A DNA stretch of 64,000 bases, taken from contig OY762721.1 in the NCBI GenBank assembly GCA_963666345.1, positions 2,464,001-2,528,000 on the forward strand, in the 5' to 3' direction. The notes under the pieces are model-generated. The model worked only from the letters and a program-made list of their open reading frames with translations, made no database searches and was not told where the DNA came from. The position numbers and the translations under genes are program-made. This document shows positions 50,043 to 60,135 of this stretch, in pieces (position 1 is the first letter of the stretch; each line of letters begins with the position of its first letter). The stretch is from Desulfatiglandales bacterium. GTDB lineage: Bacteria > Desulfobacterota > DSM-4660 > Desulfatiglandales > Desulfatiglandaceae.

Positions 50043-51572
50043 TCATATCCCGGCCGGAAGAAGGATCGAAAACGTGGTACCCTCTCCAGGCCGGCTCGTT
50101 GCCGAGATATCACCATCATGGGCACTTACGATCTTGTAGGATATGGAAAGGCCCAGACCTGATCCTTTTTCCCTTGTAGTGAAAAAGGGCTCGAATATAT
50201 TGAAAAGATTTTCTTCCGATATCCCTATGCCCTCGTCCTTTATCGTGATTTCAACGCCGTTGGGGATCTTTTTACTGGTTATGGCTATTTCCCCCCCACC
50301 TTCCATGGCCTCTATCCCGTTACCTATCACATTCATGAAGACCTGCTTCAGCTTGTCGGGGTCACAATTTATTTCCGGTAGATCCGGGGCCAGATCATGG
50401 GTGAATCCGTACTTGTCCGGGGAGTAAAGCTCTCCCATAATCTTCAATACATCCCTGATTACGTCATTAATGTCCGAAGGCCTTTTTACCAGCCTGTATT
50501 CCTTTGTAAAATCCCCCAGGTTTCTTACCAGCTTTTCAAGCCTGGTTACCTCATCGAGTACCATGTCCAGTTTTCTTATGGCCGATTCATCGCTCAGGCC
50601 CCTTTTTACCTGATGGGAAAACCCCCCTATTATCATAAGGGGATTTTTTATCTCATGCGCCACACTGGCCACTGTCTTTCCGACTGCTGCCAGCCTTTCA
50701 GCCTGAAGGAGTTTCTTCTCCAGCTCCTTCTGCTCTGTCATGTCTCTTATTATGGCGGTAAAGGTGATTCCGTCGGTTGTCTCATTGTGGGAAAGGCCAA
50801 GCTCGATCGGGAACTCCTCACCGTTTTTTCTAAGCGCGGTCAGAGAGATGGTCTCCCCGATGATCCTGGGTTTTTTTGTTTCTAGGAATTTTTTTACATA
50901 TTTGTAATGATCACCATACTGAGGAGGTATCAGTATCCTCAGGTCTTTGTTGAGCACCTCTTTAAGTGTATAGCCGAATATGTACTTGGCCGCGTTATTG
51001 AACAGAATAATCTTGTGAGACTCGTTTACGCTCAGGATCGCGTCGGTGGCGTTGTCGAGGATCGCTCTCAGATTCTTCTCGGAACTCTGGAGCTTGTTTA
51101 TCAGGTTTCTTTGCGCGGTTACGTCTCTGGAGATTTCCACAAAGCAGTCGGGGATCTCCCCGTTTGCCTTGAGGGGATACATGATCCGGATTGTTTCCCT
51201 CTTTTTCCCCGGAGGGCCGTACAGGTGGCTTACTTCCACCCTGCGCCCGTCTTTTTTCGCCTTTTCCAGGGGGCAGACGCAGTCTCCGAAATCGCAGGGC
51301 CCCTTGGAATTGTATGTGACCTCATAACATTTCCTTCCGGTCACATCTTTTTTATCAAGACCGTATTGCTCAAGAAACACCTTGTTGACGTCAAGGATGT
51401 TGAAGTCCTGATCAATAATCATGATCTCTTCATGTATCTCCTTGAAGATGGTATCGAGAAAAAGACTGTTGGTCCGCATCTTCTCGATTTCCCGTTCCTT
51501 TTTTTTAATCGTCTCTTTGAGCCGGGAGACTTCAGCCCGGCTTTCTCTTAACAGTTCTCTTTCCATGGGCAT
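50043..51572 (-). CDS. Cytoplasmic PAS-PAS histidine kinase
   Basis: Two PAS domains, VAHEIKNPL, DEGIGI, FEPFFTT, GSGLGL. Confidence 0.93.
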   Translation of the reverse strand: MPMERELLRESRAEVSRLKETIKKKEREIEKMRTNSLFLDTIFKEIHEEIMIIDQDFNILDVNKVFLEQYGLDKKDVTGRKCYEVTYNSKGPCDFGDCVCPLEKAKKDGRRVEVSHLYGPPGKKRETIRIMYPLKANGEIPDCFVEISRDVTAQRNLINKLQSSEKNLRAILDNATDAILSVNESHKIILFNNAAKYIFGYTLKEVLNKDLRILIPPQYGDHYKYVKKFLETKKPRIIGETISLTALRKNGEEFPIELGLSHNETTDGITFTAIIRDMTEQKELEKKLLQAERLAAVGKTVASVAHEIKNPLMIIGGFSHQVKRGLSDESAIRKLDMVLDEVTRLEKLVRNLGDFTKEYRLVKRPSDINDVIRDVLKIMGELYSPDKYGFTHDLAPDLPEINCDPDKLKQVFMNVIGNGIEAMEGGGEIAITSKKIPNGVEITIKDEGIGISEENLFNIFEPFFTTREKGSGLGLSISYKIVSAHDGDISATSRPGEGTTFSILLPAGI

Positions 51573-52165
51573 CCTCCCACACAGGGACAGTAAAAGACAT
51601 ATTCACGCGCGAGGATATCAAACATCTCTTCCGTCCCGGACCTTATGGTTTTGTACAGGTCTTCAAGGCTGCGGGCCTTCTTGAGGTTGCATCTGTATTC
51701 AGGCTCATTGAAGAATTGAGAGTCAATGGGAAGCAGAATCTGATCCATGGATCCGTACCAGTAGAGATTCAGCTCTTTTTTCATTGAGAAGACCTTCTTG
51801 TACATGCTGCGTAAGATGTCGGTGCGAAGGACCGAATTTACCTGATTGATCATGCAGTCCATAAGTCCTATCAGGTAATAGACCCGCCGCATCTTTTCCT
51901 CGTCATTTCTGTAAAGATAGATCGCACGGATGGAATAGCCAAGGCCCCCCTTAAGGGCAAAATGAGGGGGTATGGACCAGGCCCCTTTTCCCCCGTGTCT
52001 TCGTATCTGCTCTCTGTGCTCCTCGAGCTTTTCCGCCAGGGGGTTCAGAACCTGGATGAAATGAGATGTATCCCAGTCGGATTTCCTGAATTGCCATGGA
52101 ATCGATGAGATAACGTTGCCCTTGATTTCCCGGATCCTTTCCTTGAGATGGATGATTTCGGCCAT
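51548..52165 (-). CDS. Hypothetical protein
   Basis: 205-aa ORF co-oriented between xerD and the kinase, overlapping the latter. Confidence 0.65.
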   Translation of the reverse strand: MAEIIHLKERIREIKGNVISSIPWQFRKSDWDTSHFIQVLNPLAEKLEEHREQIRRHGGKGAWSIPPHFALKGGLGYSIRAIYLYRNDEEKMRRVYYLIGLMDCMINQVNSVLRTDILRSMYKKVFSMKKELNLYWYGSMDQILLPIDSQFFNEPEYRCNLKKARSLEDLYKTIRSGTEEMFDILAREYVFYCPCVGGCPWKENC

Positions 52166-52197
52166 TACAGTTGCCTTTAAAAATTACTGGTTATGCC

Positions 52198-53136
52198 TCA
52201 GGGCCTTGGATGACACTTCTCGTGTAGCTCCTTGAGGCGCGATCTTGTCACATGGGTGTATATCTGGGTAGTGGAGATATCCGTGTGCCCGAGCATTACC
52301 TGCACGGATCTCAGATCCGCGCCAGCCTCAAGCAGGTGGCTCGCAAAGGAGTGTCTTATGCTGTGGGGCGTTATCCTCTTTTTGATAAGTGCCTCTTTCC
52401 CGTAATTTTTGATAAGCTTCCAGAAACCCTGACGTGTCATTGGCCTGCCCCTTGCGGTCAAAAAGATCTGCGAGACCAGACGGTCCTTTAAAAAACCGGG
52501 TCTCGCACCTGATAGATACTCCCTGAGGGCCTCAATCGATTTGTCTCCCATAGGCACCACCCTTTCCTTTGACCCCTTTCCCATGGTTTTAACAAATCCC
52601 GCTTCCAGATTACACTCGGAAAGTTTCAGGTTTATGAGCTCAGAGACCCTCAGACCTGTGGCGTAGAGAAGCTCCAGCATGGCCCTGTCCCTCATCCCCC
52701 TTGGTACGGTTTTGTCAGGCTGTGATAAAAGCCTTTCAACTTCCCTCTGGCTTAACACTCCCGGGAGTTTCTTGGGCAGTTTCGGGGATTCAAGCAGCCT
52801 TGCCGGATTTTTCTTTATCTCCTTTACGGACAACAAAAACCGGAAGAACATCCTGATTACTGAAGCGTTTCTTACGATGCTCCTTGAAGAAAGCCTGTTG
52901 CCCAGATGATTTATGTATTCCGAGATCTCCTCTCCCGTGACGCGGAACGGGGAGGTCTTTTTCCTGCTCAGAAAATCAAAAAATCTGTTCAGATCCCTGC
53001 TGTAGGCCTCAACCGTGTTGCCGGCAAGGCCACGCTCTATCTTGAGATGGTTCAAAAACCGGTCCGCCGTTTCGTTCATCTTCCTGTTCACTGATGCAGC
53101 CCTTTTTGATTCCCCACCTTTATTATGATTAAGCAT
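52198..53136 (-). CDS. xerD: Site-specific tyrosine recombinase XerD
   Basis: ERGLA.NTVEAYSRDL, RDRAMLELLYATGLRVSEL, GKGSKER, MTRQGFWK, HSIRHSFASHLL..GADLRSVQ.MLGH.DISTTQIYTHV...L......HPR. Confidence 0.93.
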   Translation of the reverse strand: MLNHNKGGESKRAASVNRKMNETADRFLNHLKIERGLAGNTVEAYSRDLNRFFDFLSRKKTSPFRVTGEEISEYINHLGNRLSSRSIVRNASVIRMFFRFLLSVKEIKKNPARLLESPKLPKKLPGVLSQREVERLLSQPDKTVPRGMRDRAMLELLYATGLRVSELINLKLSECNLEAGFVKTMGKGSKERVVPMGDKSIEALREYLSGARPGFLKDRLVSQIFLTARGRPMTRQGFWKLIKNYGKEALIKKRITPHSIRHSFASHLLEAGADLRSVQVMLGHTDISTTQIYTHVTRSRLKELHEKCHPRP

Positions 53137-53171
53137 GGTTTCTCCGGTATTGGAATAAAATTCCCTAGAGA

Positions 53172-54296
53172 TCAGAATTCATTGAGATGATCGGTTTTTG
53201 TAATTACCCTGGCCCCGTCCGGCCCTATCACAACCGTTTCTTCCAGCCTTACCCCGCCCGTGCCCGGGATATATATGCCCGGCTCCACCGTTACTACCAT
53301 CCCCTGCTCCAGCGTGACCGGCTTCAGCGGGCTGAGCCTCGGTCCTTCATGCGTCGCAAGCCCCACGCCGTGGCCCAGGCCGTGGCCGAAGTATTTTCCA
53401 TAGCCCGCGGCATCTATGATCTTTCTTGCCACGGTATCCGGATGGCTGCTTTTGACTCCAGGGGCCACATGTTTTAGCGCCTCGAGCTGCGCCTTGCGCA
53501 CGGTGCGGTAAACCTTCTTAATCTCATCGTCCGGTTCTCCCAGAAAGACGGTCCTTGTTATGTCGGAGCAGTATCCGTTAAGCCTTACTCCCACATCGAG
53601 TGTCACCGGTTCGTTTTCTTTGAGCCTTCGCCCTGTCGGTACCGCGTGCGGCATGGCGCTGTTGGGGCCGGAGGCGACAATGGATGGAAAGGCCAGTGAT
53701 TCCGCCCCCGCTTTGCGGGCCATGTCCTCAATCATCCATGCCACTTCCTTTTCAGACAGACCCGGTTCAAGAAGCGAGATGACATCTTCGAGAATTGCGG
53801 AGATCATTTCAGCGGAGGTCTCAAGCGCCTTTATCTCGCTTTCGTCCTTTATCTCCCTCATCTTTTCAACAACACCGGAGAAGGGAAGAAGCGCTATCTC
53901 GGGCGACAGCTCTTTAAGTGCACTGCCGAGTCGCTTGTGCACCTGCCAGGTAAGGTAATCAGGCTCAAATCCGAGCCTTTTTACGCCGGCCCGTTCAAGG
54001 ATCGCGGGCAGTTCCTCTGTGATGCCTTTTTTTATGGTAATTATTTCAAATGCGGGCGCTTCCGCCTGTGCCTGCACCGTATACCTTGAGTCCGTAACAA
54101 GGAAAAGATGCCTTTCATCTATAAGTAATGAGCCGGATGACTCGGTTATCTGGGTGTCTTCCGCCCTGTATCCTGAAAGATAACGCCTGTTTTCAGGCTG
54201 AATAATCCATGCTCCGTCGTTACGTGAATCTTTCAGGTGCCGCCTCAGCGCCTCCAGCCTTTTAAGCTGATGATTTTCTTCCACGTGAGTCTTCAA
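53172..54296 (-). CDS. Xaa-Pro aminopeptidase (M24B)
   Basis: N.RYLSG, TDSRY, AFPSIVASG..SA.PH, GYCSDITRT, HGLGHGVGL..HE.P, TVEPGIY...GGVRLE. Confidence 0.94.
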   Translation of the reverse strand: MKTHVEENHQLKRLEALRRHLKDSRNDGAWIIQPENRRYLSGYRAEDTQITESSGSLLIDERHLFLVTDSRYTVQAQAEAPAFEIITIKKGITEELPAILERAGVKRLGFEPDYLTWQVHKRLGSALKELSPEIALLPFSGVVEKMREIKDESEIKALETSAEMISAILEDVISLLEPGLSEKEVAWMIEDMARKAGAESLAFPSIVASGPNSAMPHAVPTGRRLKENEPVTLDVGVRLNGYCSDITRTVFLGEPDDEIKKVYRTVRKAQLEALKHVAPGVKSSHPDTVARKIIDAAGYGKYFGHGLGHGVGLATHEGPRLSPLKPVTLEQGMVVTVEPGIYIPGTGGVRLEETVVIGPDGARVITKTDHLNEF

Positions 54297-54784
54297 ATCC
54301 TTTCTCCCCCTTAAATCCCGGCCCGGATAATGAGCCCTTTTGCTGGGGTCCTGTTTTTTGATTAAAAAATGCAGTTTACATAATATTACAACTCATCATA
54401 ACAGAGGTAAATGGGCAATGCAATTTCCGGTTACGGCGGTTGACAGAAAAGACACCTCCTGCTACTACTCAATTAGTTAAAGGGGTATCCCTCCTTTTTT
54501 CAGTGTCTTTTGAAGGTCCTGATAATTGCATAGACTTTTTACGGGTCCATAGATTTTGGATCGTCCTCCTTTTATTATTTTAGGATCATTTCCCGATCAG
54601 TTGGTCGCGGACATGACTGAACAAGGAGATTGTCGTTAATTAAGAGGGTGTGAACCAAAAGGATTCAAGGGGTACTTGCACCGTCTTCTCCAACCGGGTT
54701 GGAGAAAAATTATTTTTTAAGATCGCAGGCCGTTGTGCTACAGGGAACGGTTTTGCCCGGTATGAAAGGAAATCCGACTCTCAC

Positions 54785-56758
54785 ATGACGCAAGGTAGAA
54801 TAGTCGAGTACATAGATCAGGGAAAATTCGTATCCTCCATCTGCCTCCAGGATAAGGGCAGCAGGCTTCACCTGCTTACTACCACAAACCGGGAGGTAAA
54901 TCTTTCTCCCAAAAGGGCAATACTGATCTCAGGCAGCGGTATTAATATTGAAAGGCCGAGGGAACAGCTTATAGAACTGTTGAGGCAGACCGAAGAGATA
55001 AGGATCAACCTGAAAAAACATATAAACCCCGAAGAGCTCTGGGAGCTTATAAAAGAGGAAAGCGAGAGCTTTAATCACAGGTATCTGGCGCAACTGGTGT
55101 TTGGAGAAGACATCACGGATGATCACCTTTCAGCCCTGGTTCGCACCCTTTTCGAGGACCACCTCTACTTCAGGATGAAAGACGGCAGGTTTATTCCCAA
55201 CTCCGAAACGACAGTGGAGCAGATTATCCTCCGGAGAAGGGAAGAGGAACAAAAGGCGGAGAGGCTCAAAAAGGGAAGTGAATGGCTCAAGTGTATTCTC
55301 CGGGGAGAAGAGACGCAGGAGCCCTCATGCAGCAGGGAAATAATCGATCTGCTCATTAAGGTCGCGCTTTCCGGCAGTGAAGAACCTGACTACAGGTTCG
55401 CAAAGGAGATGCTTTCAAGGGCCGGGGTGTCCGATACGCGTGAAACAAGAAGTGTCCTTATAAAAATGGGCGTCTGGGAGGAGGATGAGAATCTCGACTT
55501 CCTGCGACTGGGGACTGAGACGTCCTTCACAGACAGGGCACTTGAAGAAGCGGTAAAACTGGCGGAAAGGCCGGTCGATACAGATCGGGAAGACTTAAGA
55601 AAGATAGGGGCCTTTACCATTGACGGGCCCTTTACCAGGGATTTTGACGATGCCGTAAGCCTTGAGATCGAAGAAAATGAGTTCAGGCTCGGAATTCACA
55701 TATCGGATGTCTCATCCCTTATAGAGAAGGGCGGCCTGCTTGAGGCCGGGGCCCGCGCAAGGGGCGCTTCCATATACCTCCCCTGCACACAGGTGCCCAT
55801 GTTTCCTGAAACCCTCTGCCAGGGCAGGTTGAGCCTCATACAGGGAGAAGACAGGGAGGCCCTTTCGCTTATCTGCTGCTTTGATGGAGATCTTAATCTG
55901 GTAAGATACGATTTCAGACCGAGTGTGATAAAGGTTGAAAGACGTCTTACCTATGAGGAGGCAAACGAATTACTGGAGACCGATCTTTCTTTCAAATATA
56001 TGCACATGCTTGCTCAGGCGCTCAGGAAAAAGAGGATGGACATGGACGCCCTTGATCTGTCTCTTCCGGAGCTTCAGGTCAAATTTGAGGAGGACTCCCT
56101 GGCGCTTGAACTGAACGCGCAGGACAGCCCGGCCAGGGTTCTTATAGAAGAATTCATGATCCTTTACAACTGGCTTTGCGCGAGTTTTTGCAGGGACAAG
56201 GGTATCCCCGCCCTCTACAGGTCCCAGGCAAAGCCCGGAGCAAGGCTGTCCGTCGGTGAGGAGGGGTATACCTTTTATGTGTTCAAGCAGCTTCGCAAGC
56301 TGAGCCCCCTGCAGATCGGAGTAAAGCCGTCCGCGCATACCGGCCTTGGCCTGGATCTCTATACCCAGTGCACATCGCCTATCAGAAGATACCTCGATCT
56401 CATAATGCAGAATCAGGTCGTAAACCATCTTACGGGCGGCAACGGCCTGCTCAAGGATAAGGAGCTGGAGGATATAAGACTTCTCATAGAGCCCCTGATG
56501 AGGAATCTGGGGATCCTGAAGAGGAGTCGTATCAGGTACTGGACCTTGAAGTTTCTTTCTCAGAATCGTGGAAGACAATACAGCGCTCTTGTGCTGGATG
56601 AATTGAAGAGCAGGTACCGGATCTTATTGCTCGATTTTCTGCTCGTTGCCGAGATAAAGAGACAGGGCGGGGTTATCCTGAGCCAGGGTGAAGAGATCGC
56701 CGTGAAGGTGAAAAAGGTCGATCCCTGGAGTGATGAGCTTGAACTTTCCTATGCCTGA
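54785..56758 (+). CDS. RNase II/R family (RNB domain) exoribonuclease
   Basis: TIDGPFTRDFDDA, IHISDV, IEEFMIL.N, H.GLGL..YTQ.TSPIRRYLDL; start chosen at MTQGR. Confidence 0.92.
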   Translation: MTQGRIVEYIDQGKFVSSICLQDKGSRLHLLTTTNREVNLSPKRAILISGSGINIERPREQLIELLRQTEEIRINLKKHINPEELWELIKEESESFNHRYLAQLVFGEDITDDHLSALVRTLFEDHLYFRMKDGRFIPNSETTVEQIILRRREEEQKAERLKKGSEWLKCILRGEETQEPSCSREIIDLLIKVALSGSEEPDYRFAKEMLSRAGVSDTRETRSVLIKMGVWEEDENLDFLRLGTETSFTDRALEEAVKLAERPVDTDREDLRKIGAFTIDGPFTRDFDDAVSLEIEENEFRLGIHISDVSSLIEKGGLLEAGARARGASIYLPCTQVPMFPETLCQGRLSLIQGEDREALSLICCFDGDLNLVRYDFRPSVIKVERRLTYEEANELLETDLSFKYMHMLAQALRKKRMDMDALDLSLPELQVKFEEDSLALELNAQDSPARVLIEEFMILYNWLCASFCRDKGIPALYRSQAKPGARLSVGEEGYTFYVFKQLRKLSPLQIGVKPSAHTGLGLDLYTQCTSPIRRYLDLIMQNQVVNHLTGGNGLLKDKELEDIRLLIEPLMRNLGILKRSRIRYWTLKFLSQNRGRQYSALVLDELKSRYRILLLDFLLVAEIKRQGGVILSQGEEIAVKVKKVDPWSDELELSYA

Positions 56759-56819
56759 AGGTTGATAAAATCCCTGAAATGGGCATTTGGAGGCGAGCTC
56801 CGAGCGTTGAATTATCCGC

Positions 56820-57596
56820 CTAGGTATCTATCTTGACCTCGTATCTTTTCTCGAGCATCAGCTTCCCCTGCCTGTCGTATACGAACACCCTTATCGATGT
56901 GGGAACGGTTTCGGGAGAGTCGAAGTAATAGGTTCCCGTCATGGTCCTGAATCGGTTGATCGAGAAGCCCTGACCGCTCTTGAAATCTACCGGGGTCCCT
57001 TCCCTGATTGCCACCTTGGGGCTTGACCAGAGCTGGTGCGGTTCGACCTTTTCGTCTACCGCCACAATATGAACATAACCTGATACGGGGCCTTTTTCCT
57101 GAATCGCATTTACCAGCTTGAAGGCAACCGTTATCTGCGCCCCGTTCCTGGATATGCCGTAATCCCTTATTTCAACATCAGGTACACCCGCAGGCATTGA
57201 ATGTTCAGTCTCGGATTCATCCTCCGGTTTCCGCTCGTTATCCCCGGCGGGTTCCTTTGAAGACCCTTTTTCGGATGTAAGCATGTCCACGTGCCGGTTT
57301 AGAAGGGAGACCCTCTGCCTGGCACGGTAAAGCGCTTTTTCGCCGCTTTTAAGAGAGGCCCTCATTGCCTCTATCCGCAGATCCTGGTATGAGCATTTAC
57401 TGCGAAGATCAAAATATCCGTTTGCCATGAAAAGGGTGACCACGATATATAGCAGCATAAAGAAACCGGCCGAAAAGAGCATGAAGGCGGAGATCTTGAA
57501 TTCCCTTACTCTTCCGAGACGGCTCATTATCATTATGGTAAGCCTTGAACCTGTTTTTCTCGTTTTTGTCCTGGAGGTGTTACCTGGAAACGTCAT
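56820..57596 (-). CDS. Single-pass membrane hypothetical protein with coiled coil and beta-rich C-terminal domain
   Basis: One TM near the N-terminus, helical linker, F.I.RF....G pattern. Confidence 0.65.
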   Translation of the reverse strand: MTFPGNTSRTKTRKTGSRLTIMIMSRLGRVREFKISAFMLFSAGFFMLLYIVVTLFMANGYFDLRSKCSYQDLRIEAMRASLKSGEKALYRARQRVSLLNRHVDMLTSEKGSSKEPAGDNERKPEDESETEHSMPAGVPDVEIRDYGISRNGAQITVAFKLVNAIQEKGPVSGYVHIVAVDEKVEPHQLWSSPKVAIREGTPVDFKSGQGFSINRFRTMTGTYYFDSPETVPTSIRVFVYDRQGKLMLEKRYEVKIDT

Positions 57597-57881
57597 TTGT
57601 TCCCTCCGTTAATCGGCCTTTTCAGATCCCCCGGTCTTTCAAATAAGGATCGATTCGAAGCAGGATGACTTTTTATGCGTGGCAAAAAGATACTCTCAAT
57701 GTATAGTATGCGTCCGCGGAAATCATGGGGGATAATAGTTGTTCTCATTTTTTCTCAATCTGTTGTCTGTCATGTCGGATTCGGCCTGGCAGATGAAATT
57801 AGCATGGGGCCTGTTTTAAGTCAATAAACGGCGGATCTTGTCTTAGCCCCTGATGCGGTTCCGGTAAAATCGAGGTGACAA

Positions 57882-59120
57882 TTGGATAGCACGCGATCAC
57901 ATGAAGGCGGTGTGAAAGGGCATGGAGGGCCGGACGCTTCACCCTTGAAAGACAGGGAGTCTTTTGCCTCGGTTCTGGGCCCCCTTCTTTTTCTTGCAGG
58001 CATCTTTTTCCTGAACTTTCTGGCACGGATAATCCTTGCTCCCCTTATGCCCGCCATCGAGGGGGATCTCAATTTAAGTCATGGTGAGGCGGGCTCCTTT
58101 TTTCTGTTCATATCGGCCGGTTATTTTATCACCCTTATATGTTCGGGTTTTTTCTCCAGGCATATCAGGCACAGTGGGGCCATAACCCTTTCCGCTCTTG
58201 CGGTCGGTGTCGCCTTATGGGGGATATGCCTCTGCAGTTCTTTAACCGCCATAAGGACGGGTCTGTTTGTCCTGGGCATGGCGGCGGGTATCTATCTTCC
58301 CTCGGGAATCGCGGCCATTACCTCCCTTGCCAGTTCAAGACACTGGGGCAAGGCCATAGCCGTGCATGAGCTTGCCCCGAACCTCTCATTTGTGGCTGCC
58401 CCGCTAATATGCGAGGGCCTTTTACTTTTCTTTTCCTGGAGGGGCATACTGTCTGTAATCGGTTTCGCATCGGTTGCGACGGCTATAGCCTTTGCCCTTT
58501 TCGGGAAAGGAGGGGACGGCAGGGGTGAGGCGCCAAGCTTCAGTGCCTTGAAGGTTTTTTTTTCCAAGCCCTCATTCTGGATCATGGTACTGCTTTTCAG
58601 CCTGGGGGTTGCGGGCAGTCTAGGAGTTTACACCATGCTGCCGCTTTACCTTGTAAATGAACAGGGTATAGACCGTAACTGGGCCAACACGCTAATCGCC
58701 GTTTCCAGGCTTTCAGGTCTTGGGGTCGCTTTTTTTTCCGGTTGGGTAACCGACCGTTTGGGACCGAAAAGGACATTGGCATGGGTGTTTTTGCTCACAG
58801 GCGCAACCACCATGCTGCTGGGCGCCACAAAAGGGACGACCGTGCTTTTCTTCATCTTCCTTCAACCCCTTATGGCGGTCTGTTTTTTTCCTCCGGCGTT
58901 TGCGGCCCTCGCCCTCATCGCAACGCCCGATACCAGGAACGTGGTCGTTTCACTGACGGTTCCGATGGGCTTCATGTTGGGAGGCGGAGCGGTTCCCATA
59001 GGGATCGGTCTTGCGGGCGATCTGGGTTCATTTGCCTGGGGAATCGCGGTCCTGGGTGGGCTAATAATCTCAGGTACGGCCCTGTCTCTGTGCCTCAGCT
59101 TTGACAGGCATAAGGAATAA
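57882..59120 (+). CDS. MFS transporter
   Basis: About 12 TM; GWVTDRLGPKR. Confidence 0.9.
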   Translation: MDSTRSHEGGVKGHGGPDASPLKDRESFASVLGPLLFLAGIFFLNFLARIILAPLMPAIEGDLNLSHGEAGSFFLFISAGYFITLICSGFFSRHIRHSGAITLSALAVGVALWGICLCSSLTAIRTGLFVLGMAAGIYLPSGIAAITSLASSRHWGKAIAVHELAPNLSFVAAPLICEGLLLFFSWRGILSVIGFASVATAIAFALFGKGGDGRGEAPSFSALKVFFSKPSFWIMVLLFSLGVAGSLGVYTMLPLYLVNEQGIDRNWANTLIAVSRLSGLGVAFFSGWVTDRLGPKRTLAWVFLLTGATTMLLGATKGTTVLFFIFLQPLMAVCFFPPAFAALALIATPDTRNVVVSLTVPMGFMLGGGAVPIGIGLAGDLGSFAWGIAVLGGLIISGTALSLCLSFDRHKE

Positions 59121-59802
59121 GCGTGTGACCGAAGGTCCACTTTTTGAGAGGACATTCATCGCAGAGAGGTCTTTTTTTGCAGTAATGTTTTCCTGTTTGA
59201 ACTATCAGGGCGTGAAATTCATTGAAAAGGCCCGCTTCCGGGGTAATATTATCCATGAAAAGCGCCTGAAGGTCCTCATAGCCTGCCATCGATTCCGCCA
59301 GTCCGTGGCGCAGCAGTATCCTCCTGGTATAGGCATCGATTACAAAGACGGGGTGTCTTGCCGCGTAAAGCATAATGCTGTCCGCGGTCTCAGGGCCTAT
59401 TCCCTTCACCGAGAGAAGTCCTTTCCTGAGAGCGGCGGTGTCGTCGGAAAATGCCTTTGAAAGCCCCGCGTATCGGGTGTTTATGAACACAACGAGGTTT
59501 TTTAATCGATCAGCCTTGATATTGTAATAACCGGAAGGCCTGATCCTGTCTGCGAGGTCTTCGGTGGTAACCGCGGCAAGGGCCTCAAGAGTGAGCATGC
59601 CTTTTTTCTTTAGATTGCCTATGGCTTTTTCCACGTTTTTCCAGTTGGTATTCTGGGTAAGCACCGCTCCAACGATCACCTCAAAGGGGGTGTCGGCAGG
59701 CCACCATTTTTGAGGGCCGAAATGATCCTGCAGAAGCGAAAACATCTCTTTAAGGCTTGCGCCTGAAGGAATTCCCTTATATTCGGAATCTTTTTTGTTC
59801 AT
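59095..59802 (-). CDS. Endonuclease III-related HhH-GPD glycosylase with 4Fe-4S motif
   Basis: WWPADTPFEV.VGAVLTQNT.W, LLSVKGIGPETADS, VIDAYT.R, C.K.P.C..CPL. Confidence 0.9.
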   Translation of the reverse strand: MNKKDSEYKGIPSGASLKEMFSLLQDHFGPQKWWPADTPFEVIVGAVLTQNTNWKNVEKAIGNLKKKGMLTLEALAAVTTEDLADRIRPSGYYNIKADRLKNLVVFINTRYAGLSKAFSDDTAALRKGLLSVKGIGPETADSIMLYAARHPVFVIDAYTRRILLRHGLAESMAGYEDLQALFMDNITPEAGLFNEFHALIVQTGKHYCKKRPLCDECPLKKWTFGHTLIPYACQS

Positions 59803-60135
59803 CTGTTTTTTTCATGATAAAAATCGTTTGCCATGCTCGGCCTATCGTACATATGCCCGGACATGGCTTTTGGGCGCCTTTTATCAAACGTCTTGCCGGT
59901 TTCCGGGAATTATACCGGACCGATTTGCCTTCAGACCTATTCCTGAATCAGACGGCCGACCGGGCGGATTGCCTTGACAGGGAAGGTAAGATACCTTAAA
60001 TTTAGCGGTTGTGTCAATCGTCCGTGAACCGGGTAGTTATCCGTTTCCGGCAAATTCCCTCCCATCTTCCAATTAATAGAGAAGTGAACGTTTACCTGGA
60101 AATTCATGGGATAACCGGATAGAAGGCAGGATGTC

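Noticed and set aside
52198..53136. Tyrosine recombinase as the island integrase
   Set aside because: Has XerD-specific motifs (RQGFWK, terminal HPR) and lies among core genes
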